A stretch of DNA of 64,000 nt from a virus. Lineage: Duplodnaviria > Caudoviricetes. Position numbers and translations under genes: made by a program. Numbering within the stretch: position 1 is the stretch's first letter; each line of letters starts with the position of its first letter. Shown piece by piece: positions 25,901 to 40,900 of this stretch. The stretch lies in the IMG/VR virus record IMGVR_UViG_3300020432_000004; one strand, written 5' to 3'. The notes under the pieces are model-generated. The model made no database searches, was not told the DNA's origin, and saw only the letters and a list, made by a program, of their open reading frames with translations.

Positions 25901-28900
25901 TGATGCTTATATTGCTGTTGTAGATACACTTGGTAACTTTGCTGTTAAGAGAAAGATTACTTCTGTAAATGTTTCTGAAAAAATTACAGATTTACTTGTA
26001 AATGGAACTGACATATACTATACATTTGAAATTGCTACAAGTCCTAATGCATCATCAGTTGATACAGGTATTGGTAAAGCAAATGTAGGTACTAGTGCAA
26101 TTAGTCTTCTATGGAATAAGCAATTAACTAATACCTTGTATTCCTTTATGGATACAAGTCTTACAATAGATGAGTTTAGTGAACTTTATATTACTGCTAC
26201 AACTAGACTTAAGGCAGATAATACAACTAAAGATGGATTCTGGGTTGGTAAATTCAATGTTGATGGTGATACTCTTTGGAATTATCGTTATGGAGTTCTT
26301 GGTGGATACAGTATTAATGTTGCTAAGAGAAGTCATATTGATATATTTGGTGATCTTAACGTTGCAATTAACAAGTATCAGAATACAGACGGTGAATTAA
26401 CTGTTGACGTAGTTAAACTTGGATACAATGGTATTATTAAGAGTCATACTAATAATAAGTTTGATGTTAATAACATTGAAGGATTGACTGCACATACATT
26501 ATTCCCTGACAGTTCTGGTGATGTTCATGTATATGGTCAAACTTCTTGGAATAGAAATGAGTTATTACTACCATTTACAAGTGGTGAAACTACAGATACT
26601 ACAGGTCATTACACTCCAACATTCATAGGTGAGGGTAATTCATTAAAATTTGATAGTACTAATGGATATGCACAGATACTAGGAAAAGATACTGTTACTC
26701 CTACTACATGGGTAAATTCAGCAATACAAGTTAATGGTTCTGATTTAGGAACTAAACTAACTAACAACTGGACTATTGAGTTCATGTTGTATAAAGATGC
26801 TGTTGGTAATAACAATACACATAGTCAAACACAACAAACATTAATAGCAATCGGTGATGCTACCTTGAGTACAGGTGGTCTATGGTTGTATTATGATATT
26901 TCTAGTGGAGAATTACAATTAGTTGTTACTGCAAATGGAACAGCACTTAACTCTGCATCTGGTGCTCTTCAATCTGCAGTTACTACAATGTTTGCCGATA
27001 ATACTTGGCAATTCATTTCACTGACTAAATCTGCAGGTCAATACACTGCATACGTCAATGGTATACAAGTTCTTCAAGGAACTATTGATAATACTGCATT
27101 CCAGAATCAAAACCTATACATTGGTAATATTCCTGGTAGAAGTGGAACAACAGGTCAATTCCGTTCTAATGAGCAAGGTCAATATCATGTAGATAATCTT
27201 CGTATTAGAAACAGAGCAGTTACTCCTACAGTTCCTAATGATGTAACTAACTATCCTATTGCAGGTGAATTTAACGAAGGATTTAACTGGCAAGATACAT
27301 CATGGTTCTCTACTTACACAAACAAGTATGATTACATTGATTATGTCGGTTGGGGTCTTAAGATTGATAAAAATGCTGATGCAGCAAGATTAGGTACACA
27401 AACAGCACAAACTAATACACAGATTGGATTCACTAGAACTGCCATAGCAGTTGTGGAGGGAGGAGAACTAACTGTTAATAATACAGGATTTGCTTTAGCA
27501 GAGGCAGGATTCCAGAACTTAGACTTTGATGATGCTGATACATCAATGTCTCAGGATTCTAGCACATTGACATATCTTCAAGATGTTTGGAGTTCTAGAA
27601 CTGCTACTGTTCCTTCACCAGGTTCTCAGAAATTAAGAGTTACTGCTAATGTTAAGGACAGATACTACTTTAAGGTTACACCTACAGTCAAGATTGATAA
27701 TATTCAAGAACTTACTCTTAACCAAGAGTTTAGATTTACCACAGGAACAAAATTAAGACTTAACAATGATGCAGGAGTATTCCAAAATAGTGGATATATT
27801 ATTAGACAAGATGTTACTAATAGAAAGATATATCTTGCAGTTAATAATAATGCTTGGTCTGATAATCTCAATGCAGGTTATATTGTTACAGAACAGTTTA
27901 ATGAGCAAAGCACTTATGGAATTGTAGGACCTATACCTAATGATATTAATGAACTTACATTTACATTTGCACAATTAAACAATACTACACCAGGTGTATT
28001 TGATATTGATCTTAACAATTTCAATCATCCAGAGGGCGGTACAAACAATATGGATGAATTGACTAGATTCAAACCATATACTGATGATGATTACTCTATT
28101 AGAATTGATGAAGTTTCTGGTGGTTCACCTTATATTGTCGGATCTGTTATTAATATTGACTCTGGTGATATTAGTTACAATGCTGAATATACAACTGCAC
28201 AAATTCAAAATCTAACTGGTGTTCTTAAGATTACTCTAATAGCAACTCTTAGAAGAATTATACAAGCAACTGCAGTTGCTAATAGTGATGAAGTTTATAT
28301 TGTTACTGGAAGCAGTCACTACCTCACTGAGGGTGAGATGGTTAATATTGATGGTAACCCATCACAAACTTACAATAGTCTTGTATATGATGAATATGAT
28401 GGTGCTTTCCCAGTTCATACTGTTGTAAGTCCTGTTGAATTTACTTACAAATTACCTAATGCTGCTCTAACATCACCAGCTACAAACTCAGGTCAAGTTA
28501 ATATTTACGTTAAATCTCCTGTTCTTAAGATGTATTATGGACATCAATATCTGTTTGATGTCAGTCATTCTTCAATGGCAGGTGGTAACTTATCATTCTC
28601 TAAAGATAATCTCTACAAACTAGAATACTCATTTAACTCTATTGAAAGAGTAGGTACACCTGGTATTACTGGTCAAGGTGTTCCTAATCCCACTGTTAAG
28701 TTAAAAGTTGATACTGATATTGTTACTAACATTTCTTACTACTTTGACCCATCTAGAACAGGTGATGATTCTCCTGTTATCAAATCTAGTTACTTAGATG
28801 TTGTCAATTCTCCTTACGTAGGAAACTTTACTATTAGTTCTATATCTGGTGCAACTATTACTCGTGGTGCTGATACATTCAAATTCCCACTTGCTAATGA

Positions 28901-31900
28901 ACCAGAAGGAAATGCTGACGTTATCAATACATCTTATAGCACAAGTTCATTAAAGGCAGTTGGTTCTATCAGTGATATACGTATTGTTAATCCTGGTGGT
29001 TTCTATACTAGATTACCTGTTGTCACAACAATTCAATCATCTAGACAGATTGAGAGAGTTCAAATTGATGCACCAGGTACTGAATATGCTGTAGGTGTTT
29101 ATAATAGTGTTCCTATTGCAGGTGATGGAGAAGGTGGATTTGTTTCTATTACTGTTGCTGATGGAACTGATGATGAGGGTGTAACAATTCCTGGTCAAAT
29201 ACAAGAAGTTGTAGTTACATCACCAGGTAAAGGATATACTGTCGCAAGTATTGATGTTGAATCAATATCAGGTATTCTTGGAGCAGGTTTAACAGGTTCT
29301 GGTGTTGATCTGAATGTTGTTATACCTCCTGCAGGAACTGGTGCTTCTATCTTTACTAAAGGAACTAAAGTTGGTAAGATTAAGAAATTACAGAACAATA
29401 ACTTTGGATATGATTATCCTCATGACTATACTTTACGTCCTGAGATTTCATTCCCAATTAACGCACAGTTAACATCCACAAGTATACTTGATAGTATTAC
29501 AGTTACAGATCCAGGTTCTGGATATTCACAAGCACCTGCTGTTGTTATTACAGGTGGTGGTGGAGCAAATGCGACTGCTGAAGCATCTATTAAGAATGGT
29601 CGTTTAGATGATGTTATTGTTAAAGATCCTGGCTCAGGTTATTCATCTGCTCCTACTGTATCTTTAAGATCATCCTTTAACTATGTTGTTAACCTTGACT
29701 TAGGATTACTACAGTTTGCTTTCCCACATGGTATTCAAAATGGTGCTGAAGTTTCTCTAACTGTTACTGATACTGGAGATGGTGCTGACTTCCCATTAGC
29801 AGCAGGTGCTATTGGTCGTTTGAACTCTACTAACACATATTATGCTATTGCAGGTACTGCTAATTCTCTAGAAGAAAACCAGTTAAAGATTGCTATTACT
29901 GCTGCTAACGCTGCATTAGGTGACTCTATTCAGTTTGTTAACGCAGGAACTGGTCGTCAAACAATATTAACTGAATCATTTGGTGGTGCTGCTGAAGCAA
30001 ACGTTGTTACTTCTACATTCTTAGAAGGTGAACTTGTATATCAAGGTGATACATTAGAAACTGCAACTGCACAAGGTTATGTTTCTACTAACCAAGGTTG
30101 GCAGGTAGGACCTAGAGTTATTAAGATTGTTGATTATACTGGTGAATTTAATGCTAACGAAAGAATAACAGGTGTTATTTCTAAATCATCTGGTATCATT
30201 AGTGATCTTAAGATTGCTCGTGGTGTTCTTGAAATTGGTTCTATCACTAAAACAACAGGTCAATTTATTGATGATATTGGTAAACCATCTGAAATTATTC
30301 AGAAGATTCAAGATAGTTACTATTATCAAGACTTCTCATATGCTGTTAAGTCTGCTGTTTCTATCGGAGAGTGGAAAGAGATATTACTTAAGAACGTTCA
30401 CCCTGCATCATTTAAAGTATTTGGTGAGTTAAATCTATCTGATTATGGTCAAATTCCTAACAAGGAAACTGATTTCCAGATTACTAAGTCTGTTGAATTA
30501 GCAAGAGAAGCGATTGTACCTAATATTCAAAGTTTCTCTCTAGTTGAACCAGTATACTCACAGTTCAATAATTCAGAAGTATTATTCAGACAAAAAAGAT
30601 TAACGTCTTCAGAAAACATTTTAACATCTGTTGTACAAAGACTTGATGATATATCCAATTTATTTGATGGTGTTAAGACTCAGTTCCCATTATCAGTTAA
30701 TGGTGAAAACGTAGTTGCTAATGCTAATCAGTTAATGATCATCTTAAATGGTGTTGCTCAAACTCCTGAGACATCATTCTCAATTCTAGGTGATTCTATT
30801 GTATTCAGTCAACCACCACAACCACCTGCTAGTGTTAAGTATGTAAACGTTACTATTGAAGAAATTGATATATCTGAACTTACATTTAGTAATATTAGTG
30901 GTATTTTCCCACTTATAGGTAACTCAATGGGTGGACAGACATCTGGATCTAGATTTACTGTCACAAGTGTTGTTGGTAATAATATTAGAGGATTCTTTAC
31001 AGAAGGAACAGCATTTATTGTAGGTGAATTGGTAAGTAACTCTGCTACTGGATTTATTGCTAATTATGATTCTGTATCATCTATTTCTAATCTTGGATTA
31101 TTTGTATTTGGTGAGCAAGTAACTAACCTTACTGGACAAACTGCTAAAGTTGAAGCAATCAACTTGGCAGGTGGTGCAGAAGATCCACTTGGTCAACTTC
31201 GTTATGGTGTAGGACCTTCAACTGCTGCTATTGAAGTAGTTGCAGATAAAGCACAATCTACTGATCCTGATACTCCACCTCCTAGTGGAACATTTGTTGT
31301 TGGTGGTAATTATCAAGTTGGTTCTGAAATTGTAAATGTCACTCAAATTACTGAGAATAATGATTCTACTATATTAGAGGTAACTAGAGGACAATTAGGT
31401 ACTACTGCAGCAACACAGGCAGAAGATGGTCCTGTATATTCAACTGTAGTTAATGTTAATGACAAATTAACTTTAAGTAAGACTACTGGAACTTACCAGT
31501 CTACACCTGGTTTATTTGACCTTGAACTTAATGATGTTATTATTGGTGCTCAGTCTAATGTAGTTGCAAGATTGACTGCTACATCTACATATCAAGATCC
31601 TGCTACTCAAGAGTTTATTGGACAGGTTAATATTTCAGAGGGATCTTCATTCTTTGGTCTATTATTCAACAGAGTTACATCTATTACATATCCAAATATT
31701 GTTTTAGATGACATTTCAATATCAACAATTAGTGTCGTTGATTTTGAAACATTTACTACTGATATTGACTCTCAATTCCCTGCTAACGAATTTATTAGTC
31801 AAATTGTAATTCCTTATGATAACGCATCAGGTGCATTATCTGTAGGTGAGATGATTAGAAACTACAAACTAGATTATGGTAATAATGTAGGTACATTTAC

Positions 31901-34900
31901 TGCAGGTGAGTCTGGTAAGTCTAGAAAACTAACATTTAAAGAGAAGCAAGGAACTGGTTTATTCTCTGTAGGTCAAACAGTTAGAACTAGAGATACTAAG
32001 GCAGAAGTTATTGGATTTGACTTTGCAGGTAATACAATATATCTTGGTAAAATTGGTAGATCACTAAGAGGTGGTGCTGATTATCATCAGTTTAACTTCT
32101 CTAACGCTGCTCAATTAGATACTGCACAGAAGAAATTTGGAGATTCATCATTACTACTTGATGCTGCAACAAATGACTATATTCAAATTCCTGCATCATC
32201 TGAATTTACTCGTGGTACAGGTGATTATACTATTGAGTTCCAAGTTCGTTTAGATGCAACATCATTAGTAGATACTAAAACTCTACTTGATATGAGAACA
32301 AGTGCTACTGAAGTTGCACTTAGAATTTACTTACAGGCAGCACAAGTTAGAGTTAATGTTAATGGATCAGATATAGCAACATCTGGTGGAAATGCTTTAA
32401 ACAATGATGTTTGGTATCATCTTGTAATTCAGAGAACTGGAACTTCTCTTAAGATCTACTCTAATGGAGTTGAGATAGGAACTGGAACTGATAGTAGTAA
32501 CTATACACTAGACAGACCTATAAGAATTGGATCTGATTTGTCTGGTCTTAACAGTATGACTGGTCATATTGACGAGTTTAGATATTCTGTTGTTTCACGT
32601 TATGCTACAGCACCATTCAATGCTCCTAGTGGAATATTCCAAGGTGATGCTGATACAAAGGTACTATGTCACTTTGATGGTGCTGATGGTCAAACTTCTA
32701 CTGAAGATTGGTCTGGTGGTGAATCATTTACTAAGACTGAATACATTAATAATGATGCTATCTTAAAGACACATCAAGCATCTAACGCTGCACCTGCAGG
32801 ATTTACTACTAAGAGTCACAGATATCTTAACGCTGCAGATTTAATGTTAATGAACAAGGAATACCTTGCTCAAGAAACAGTTTATATTATGAAAGAAGTA
32901 TTCCCTGCTCATAGCGTTAAGGGAAGCGAAGTTGACTGTGAAGATGATGTAAGAGATGTTATTGATTCTCTTGTAGATGACTTACGTAATGGTAGTAACC
33001 ATCATATGTGGAAAGCATCTTCATACTATGTCAATAGAGAAGTAAATCCAATTCAAATTGTAAACGTAGAAGATGATGTCTCTATGACAGTCTTTGTTTA
33101 TAAGATTTTAGATAAACTTGCTAAGTATATTGTTAATAATGTTCCTTGGAGTACTCAAGGTGATCATGGTTTAATTCAGAAATATGATACTTCTATTACA
33201 TTTGATGGTTATACATCTCAGACATTAACTAAGTTTACTCCAACTGCAATCGACTATCATCCATCAATGGGTGACATGGAGATAACAGCTGCAAGTCATG
33301 GACTCGCGGCCCCTAGAACTATTACAGCAACAGACTCAGGATACACTGCTACCACTGGTGTTTTGACGATTCAATCTGTTGGGCACAACTTAGAAACTGG
33401 AGACAGAATTAAGTTTGAACCTAATTCTATTACCATGACTTGTACTTGTGATGGTAATGTAGTATCACAGAGTTATCCTCGAACAGACGATCCAGCAAAC
33501 CAAGGTTGGTTAGAAGTAGCGAAGATTGATAATGATAACTTTAGTGTAAATGTTGGAACATCTCCTACAGTAAATTATACTGCAACATCTGCAGATTATG
33601 ATTCTAATACTGGTTTCTTAACTATGGACATTGGTGACAATGATCTAAGACCAGGTAGTAAGTATACTGTTTCTAACGCTGCATATAATCCTACTACTGG
33701 TGTAATGACAGTCAGTGTTGGTAATGATCAATATGATGTTCATGATGCTGATTATAGTCCTACAAGTGGTGATTTAGAAATCTATACTGGAACACATAAC
33801 TTAAAGACTGGACAAAGAGTTAAGATTGCTAATGATGGTATTACATTTAGATGTTCTCAAGATGACTATGCAACAGATCATGCATATCCAAGAGCAACCG
33901 ATCCTGCACGTGATACAGCATTAGAAGTTACTCATGTAACTGATACATCATTTACTGTAAACGTTGGTAAGTCTCCTATCGTTACTTACGATGTTTCTAA
34001 TGCAACATTCAATCCCAACAATGGTGATATGGAGTTGACTATTGGAAGTCATACTTTGGCACAAGGTACTTCTATTAGAATAGCAACTCAAAGTATTGGA
34101 TTTACATGCACATATGGTGCAGGTGTTCATTACTATCCAAGACCTCTAATTGATGAGCATGTTCCTAGCGATGCAGCATATAATCCAACAACAGGTGTAG
34201 TAACATTTACTGTTGCTCAAGGACATGGAATGAAGAATGGTGATAAGGTTAAGATCCCTGATTATGCACTTTCATTTACATGTGATAAAGATAATAATGT
34301 AACTACTCACAGATATCCTAGACCTTATGATCCTGTTAGTGATAGATGGATTGAAATAAGTAATGTTCAAACAACATCATTTGATGTTCAAGTATTAGAT
34401 ACTGCTCCATCTACAAATACATCTACTCATACTTTTGTAAGTTTTGCAGGTGTAATTCAACAGAAACGTGATAAGTCATTTGAACAGTCTATTGAAATAA
34501 CTGGAACAACTCCAACAACTATTACTATTAATGTTGGTATTTCAAGTAATACAACAACTCATACATATTCAACTTCTAAAGCAGGTGCTGTAATTACTGG
34601 TGGTAATTATAAGCATAAGTTCAGATCTGCACTTGACAATGCTATTACAGTTGAGCATGGATTATATGTTGGTGATAGAGTCATGTTTGATAGAGACTCA
34701 CTAACATTTACATGTCTCGAAGATAGTAATGCTACTGAGCACACATATCCAAGAATTACAGATCCTTACTATAATAAGTGGTTACCTATTTCTAATGTAA
34801 CTCATACATCATTTGATGTTCAAGTACTAAGTTCTACACCTTCTACTAACCAAACTGCTCATACATTTGTTCGTTCTAAAGTTAATGGTTTAACAAGATC

Positions 34901-37900
34901 TGGTGAGACACTAAAACTTGCTAAAGATGCATTATCATTTACATGCTCACAAGATAATGATGCTACTGTTCATTCTTATCCTAGAGTTGATGATAGTGTT
35001 TATAATACTGCTATTCCAATTTGGAGTAATGGTAGCACTAGAATGACTGCTCAAAGTGCAACTTATAACACTGCAGAAGGATTATTAATTATTACTATAT
35101 TAAATCATGGTTTAACAGTTGGAACTGAACTAAGATTAGAGAATAACTCATTAGTCTTTACATGTTCTAAAGATGGTAATAAGACTGAGCATTCTTATCC
35201 TAGACCTAAAGATCCATTTGCTGCTAGATGGTTAAGAATTAAGGCAGTTACAGATCATACATTTACATTATTTGTTGGTGCTGCGAGTCCTACAGGTCAA
35301 TATGCTCATACATTTGTACGAGCTATTAAGGATGGTATTGTAAAACGTGATAACACTGTTACCATAAACGTTGGTGCAACTCCAACTAAGGCGTATACTC
35401 CATCAGCTGCAACTTATAATGCTGGTACTGGTGCTTTAGAATTAAATGTTGGAAATCATAGTTATCCTGCTCCAACACAACATACACCAACAGATGTAGC
35501 ATATAATCCTGTTAGTGGTGTAATGACTTTGACTATTGCAGGTCATAACTTCTCTAATGGTGAGAAAATTAAGATTGATGATAATGGTATTACATTAAGT
35601 TGTCCTTATGGTGGTGCGACTGGATCTGCTGCACAGAAAACTTATCCACGTCCAACTGATCCAGTTAGCAACAAATGGATTCCAATATTCAACGTAACTA
35701 CAGATACTTTTGATGTTCAAGTATTAGATAAGGTTCCATCAACTAACGTTGATACACATACCTTTGTAAGTGCAGTTAATAACTGTGTTAAGAAAGCAAA
35801 TTACACTGTTAAACTTGCTCCTGATTCATTAGTAATGACTTGTGATATGGATAGTAATGCTACTAAGCATCTATATCCTAGATCTAATGTTGCTCAACAT
35901 ACTGCAAGCACAGGAACTACTTACAATCCAGTATCAGGTGTACTTAAAGTTTCTATTCCAACTGAATCATTTACTGCAAGTGCTGCAAACTATAATGTAA
36001 CAACAGGTGATTGTGTATTAACAATATCTCAGAATGCAGGATCTTATAATGTTACTGGTGCAACTTATGCACCTACAACTGGTGTTCTAGTTCTTACAAT
36101 CGGAACTCATAGTTTAACAACTAGCGATAGAATTAAGATTACTCCAGAATCACTTAAGTTTACTTGTGATTACAACAACGATAATAATGAAACAATTCAT
36201 CCTTATCCTAGAGCATCAGGTGCTTATAATTCAACAAATTCAAAAGCAGACTATGCATATGATACATGGTTAGATATTACTGCTGTAAGTCCTAACACTA
36301 TCACTGTTAATGTTAACGGTGGACAGGGTGCTATTACTGATATTAGTAACCATACATTTGTTGGTGCACTTGATGGTGCAGTTCAAGTTGGTCACGGTAT
36401 CGTACCTGGCAACAAAGTTAAACTTGCTCCTAACTCACTAACATTTACTTGCACATTAGATGGTAATACTGCACAAAAATCTTATCCTAGATCAACAGGT
36501 GCTAATACAACAAGTGGTGCTGACTATGCTTATGATAAGTGGCTCAGAGTTATGGCAGTTGGTGAAAATACAATTACTATTAACTTGAATGGTGGTCAAG
36601 GTGCTATCTCAGATACATCAGCACATACATTCGTTTCTGCAACTACAGATGGTATTACTCTTGGACATGGTATGGTTGCAGGTACACCAATCAAGATTAA
36701 AGATAATTCAATTAAGTTTAGATGTGGATTTGATAATTATGAAACTCTACATCCATATCCAAGACCTAGTGATCCTGCAAGTGATAAGTGGTTGTTTATC
36801 AGTAATGTAGATGATAGTAGTTTTGAGGTTAACGTTCTACAAGGAACAACTCCTACAAATACTACAACTCATACCTATGCAGGTTCTGATGATTTAGGTA
36901 TCATTCAAGGAGATCCACTTGTTGCCCAAGCAATTCCTATTGATTCAGTTACAAGTAATACTATTACTATCAATGCTTTAGATGGATATACACCTTCATT
37001 TACACCAAATCATACATTAGACAGTATATCTACAAATCAATTTACACCAACTAATGCTGTATACAACGGTGAAACTGGTGTAATGACAATTACAGTAGCA
37101 ACTACTCTATTCCAACCATCAATGATTGCTTATAATGCAATTACTGGTGAAATGCAAATGACTATAGGTTCTCATAGTCTATCAATAGGACAAGAGATAT
37201 TAATTGCACCTAATTCACTAACATTTACTTGTGATTATAATGGAGATGGAAACACTACAAACAAAACTTATCCTAGAGCATCAGGTGCTGCAACTCCTAG
37301 CGGTGCTGACTTTGCATACAACAATCATTTACAAATTACCGATACAACAGCAACTTCGATCACTGTTAACGTAAATGGTGGTGGAGGATCAATTACTGAT
37401 ACAACAAGTCATCAGTTTGTTTCTGCTACAGCAGGTGCAATCAGTGTAGGTCATGGTATACAAAATGGTGAAAAAATTAAGATTGCTGATGGTGGAATAA
37501 CATTCACTTGCACTCATGATAGCAATGCTACAAATCATCCTTATCCTCGTGCAACTGACCCTGCTAGTGGTAGATGGTTAGACGTTATGAACGTCACCAA
37601 TACAACATTCGATGTTCAAGTACTTGACGAAATTCCTTCAACAAATACTACAGCACATACATTTGTTTCTGCTACAACTAATGCTATTACAAGAGCAATA
37701 GTTTCAACTGGTGGTAATTACAAACATAAGTTTGTATCTGGTCTTACAAATGGTGTTAGAACAGGTGGAGATTACACTCATACATTTGTTTCTGCAACTA
37801 CAAACGGTATTCATGTTGCAGGTGACTGTGTATACATTGATGATAACTCACTAAGATTTACTTGTTCTCAAGATAATCATCTAACACAACATGATTATCC

Positions 37901-40900
37901 AAGATCAACTGATCCTGCAAGTCATCAGGTGATGGAAGTTAAGACTGTAGATAATGATAGATTTGTTATTAACGTTGGTAAGTCACCACAAGACAAACGT
38001 TATGATCACTTATTTGTTAGTGGAGATGCTAATTCTATTACTAAGTCTAAGTATTTCGTTACAAATTGTTCTGATGTTTATACAACTACAAACAACTTAA
38101 TTTCTATACTAACAGATACAATAGAACAGGCTGCTTTAGCATCTCCTGTAGATCATCTTGCAACTGTTACTGATCTAAATCCAGTACAAGAATTTATTGG
38201 TGGTAGAGTTCATTCATATCTTGAAGTTCCATTTAAGATCACTTATGAAGATGATGCTAGTGAATTAATATACACAGATAGAATTGATGTATTCAGTCGT
38301 TACAGATTCCGTGATGCTGCTGAATTAATTCGTCAGAATCGTGGTGCTATTGTAGATAAAGCATCATTTGATATGTTGCAGCGTTATCCAGATCTTAATC
38401 AGGATATGCCTAGAAACCAGAATGGTGCATCCACAGATGGAACTGAACGTTGTAAGACTGACTTAGGATTAGTTGTTGATGGTCTTGCTAATGATGTAGA
38501 AAATGGTGGTAATAAAAACGTTGTTACTGCTGCAGGATTCTATATCGGTGCTAATAATGAAATACAACATATTAGATTACAATTACCACAATCTATCTAC
38601 GTTCACGAACGTTTAATATACTACTTAAAGCAAGCAATAGATGGAACTCTAACAACTGATAATACAGAAAATCTCATTGTTGGAGACTGGGGTATTACAA
38701 ATAATGACTATACAACATCGTACGATGTATATGATGCTGCATATACTCCTTCAACTGGTGATCTAACATTAACTCTTGCTTCAAATACTGGATCTTATAG
38801 TGTTAGTGGTGCTGTTTATAATCCAACATCAGGTGATTTAACACTTACAATCGGAACTCATACATTAACAACTACTGATAAAGTTGGAATTGCTGAGGAG
38901 TCATTAGTCTTTACTTGTGATTACAATGGAAATGGTAATCAAACTCAAAAGAGATATCCTAGATCATTTGGTGCTAACACTACAAATGGTGCTGACTATG
39001 CATATAATCAGTTCCTTGATATCACAGCAGTAAATCAATCTGGTGGAACAATCACTGTTAACGTCAATGGTGGTCAAGGTGCAATTACAGATACAACAAC
39101 TCATAACTTTGTTGTTACTCCATCTGCCACAAATGCAGTTACTGTTGGTCATGGATTTGGTGTAGGTGATAGTTTACAGATCAATAACGAAGCATTAACA
39201 TTTACATGTTCAATGGATGGAAATGTTTCTAATAAAACATATCCTCGTGCAACTGATCCTGCATATGGTAAGGCACTTACAATTAATTCTAGAACTGCAA
39301 CAACTGTAACTGTAAATGTAGGACCTAGTCCGTTAGTTAGGTACACACCAACAATGGCAACATACACTGCCTCAACTGGTGTAATGGTTCTTACTATTGG
39401 TAACCATAACTTACAAGTTGGTCAACCAATTAAGATTAGTGGAGGTGCATTGAAGTTTACATGCTCAATGGATCAAAATGAATCTATTAAATCATATCCA
39501 AGAACTACAGATCCATTCTACGACAAACCTATTGATATTACTGCAACTACAGCAGATACTATTCAGATAAACGTTGGTCAAAGTCCTATTGTAATGCACA
39601 ATGTTTCTAATGCTACTTACGATCCTAATACAGGTGTAATGGTATTAACAATCGGTATAAACCACGGATTAACTGCTAATACTAGCATTAAACTTGCTAC
39701 TGAATCATTAGTCTTTACTTGCACATTAGATGGTAATACAGTTGAGAAATCTTATCCTCGTGCTACAACTGCTAACACAGGAACAGGTGCTGACTATGCA
39801 TATGATACTGCAATCAATATTGATTCTGTAGATCAAAATGCAGGAACAATTACTATCAATGTAAATGGTGGACAAGGTGCTATTTCTGATACATCAGCAC
39901 ATACATTTGTTTCTGCTAATTCTGGTGCTGTAAGATCTGGTGGAGATTATGTTCATACATTCCATTCAGCAGATACTGAATCTGTAATAGCAGGTGGAGA
40001 TTATACTCATGTATGGGCAGGTGGTACTGCTACAGATGCAGTCTTTACTGTTGGTGATTGTGCAGATGTTAAGACTAACATTGAATCATTAATAGAAACT
40101 GTTAATGATATTATTGCACCTACTGGAAAGGATTATGATGTTGCAGGTAATAGACTTTACTTTAACAGAGAACTTATTGCAGAAGATGTAACATCTAATA
40201 TGTTAACTGGATTTACATATCAAGCAGGTCCTACAACATACTTTGCATTCCAATTCGGAGGATCTAATTTAGAAGCAACCGAGTTCCAAGCTGATGTAGA
40301 GTTCCTTGTTAAGTCATTAATATCCGATTTACAGACTGGTGGTAATAGTAGTTCTATCAGAGCACTTGAAGAAACATATCTCAACGCAGATGGAACACTT
40401 CATAGAATTGAAGATATGGTTATGGCAACTGTCTATGGTATGGAAGTACTTAAGGAAGTTGGTCGTGAAGTAATTAGAAATAATGTATATAACTCATTTG
40501 AGAGTCAACCATTTGGTGCATATTCAACACCATCAGGTAAAGCTGCTTATAGAGATGGTGAAGAAACAGTTGATATTGATCAGGTTGTTGGAGACTGGAA
40601 TAATCTTCTTGATCATGTGATTGAGTTCTTCTCACCTGGCAAGAAGATTGCTAGAAGTGGTATGAAGCAAATTCTTTATAATGCAAACTACTATAAGAAT
40701 GAATTAAACAATCTTGTTAATACTCAGTTTGGAACTGGATCATGGGTATACAATGATTTTGTTGATCAGTTACTTGGAAATATGATCCAAGACTCTATTA
40801 CAACTGACGTAGATCATGTTATAGATGCTTACAGACTTACTGTTGACAATGTGAGTGGTGAGTTTAAGGTTGATGAGGTTGTTACAGCATCAGGTGGTGG

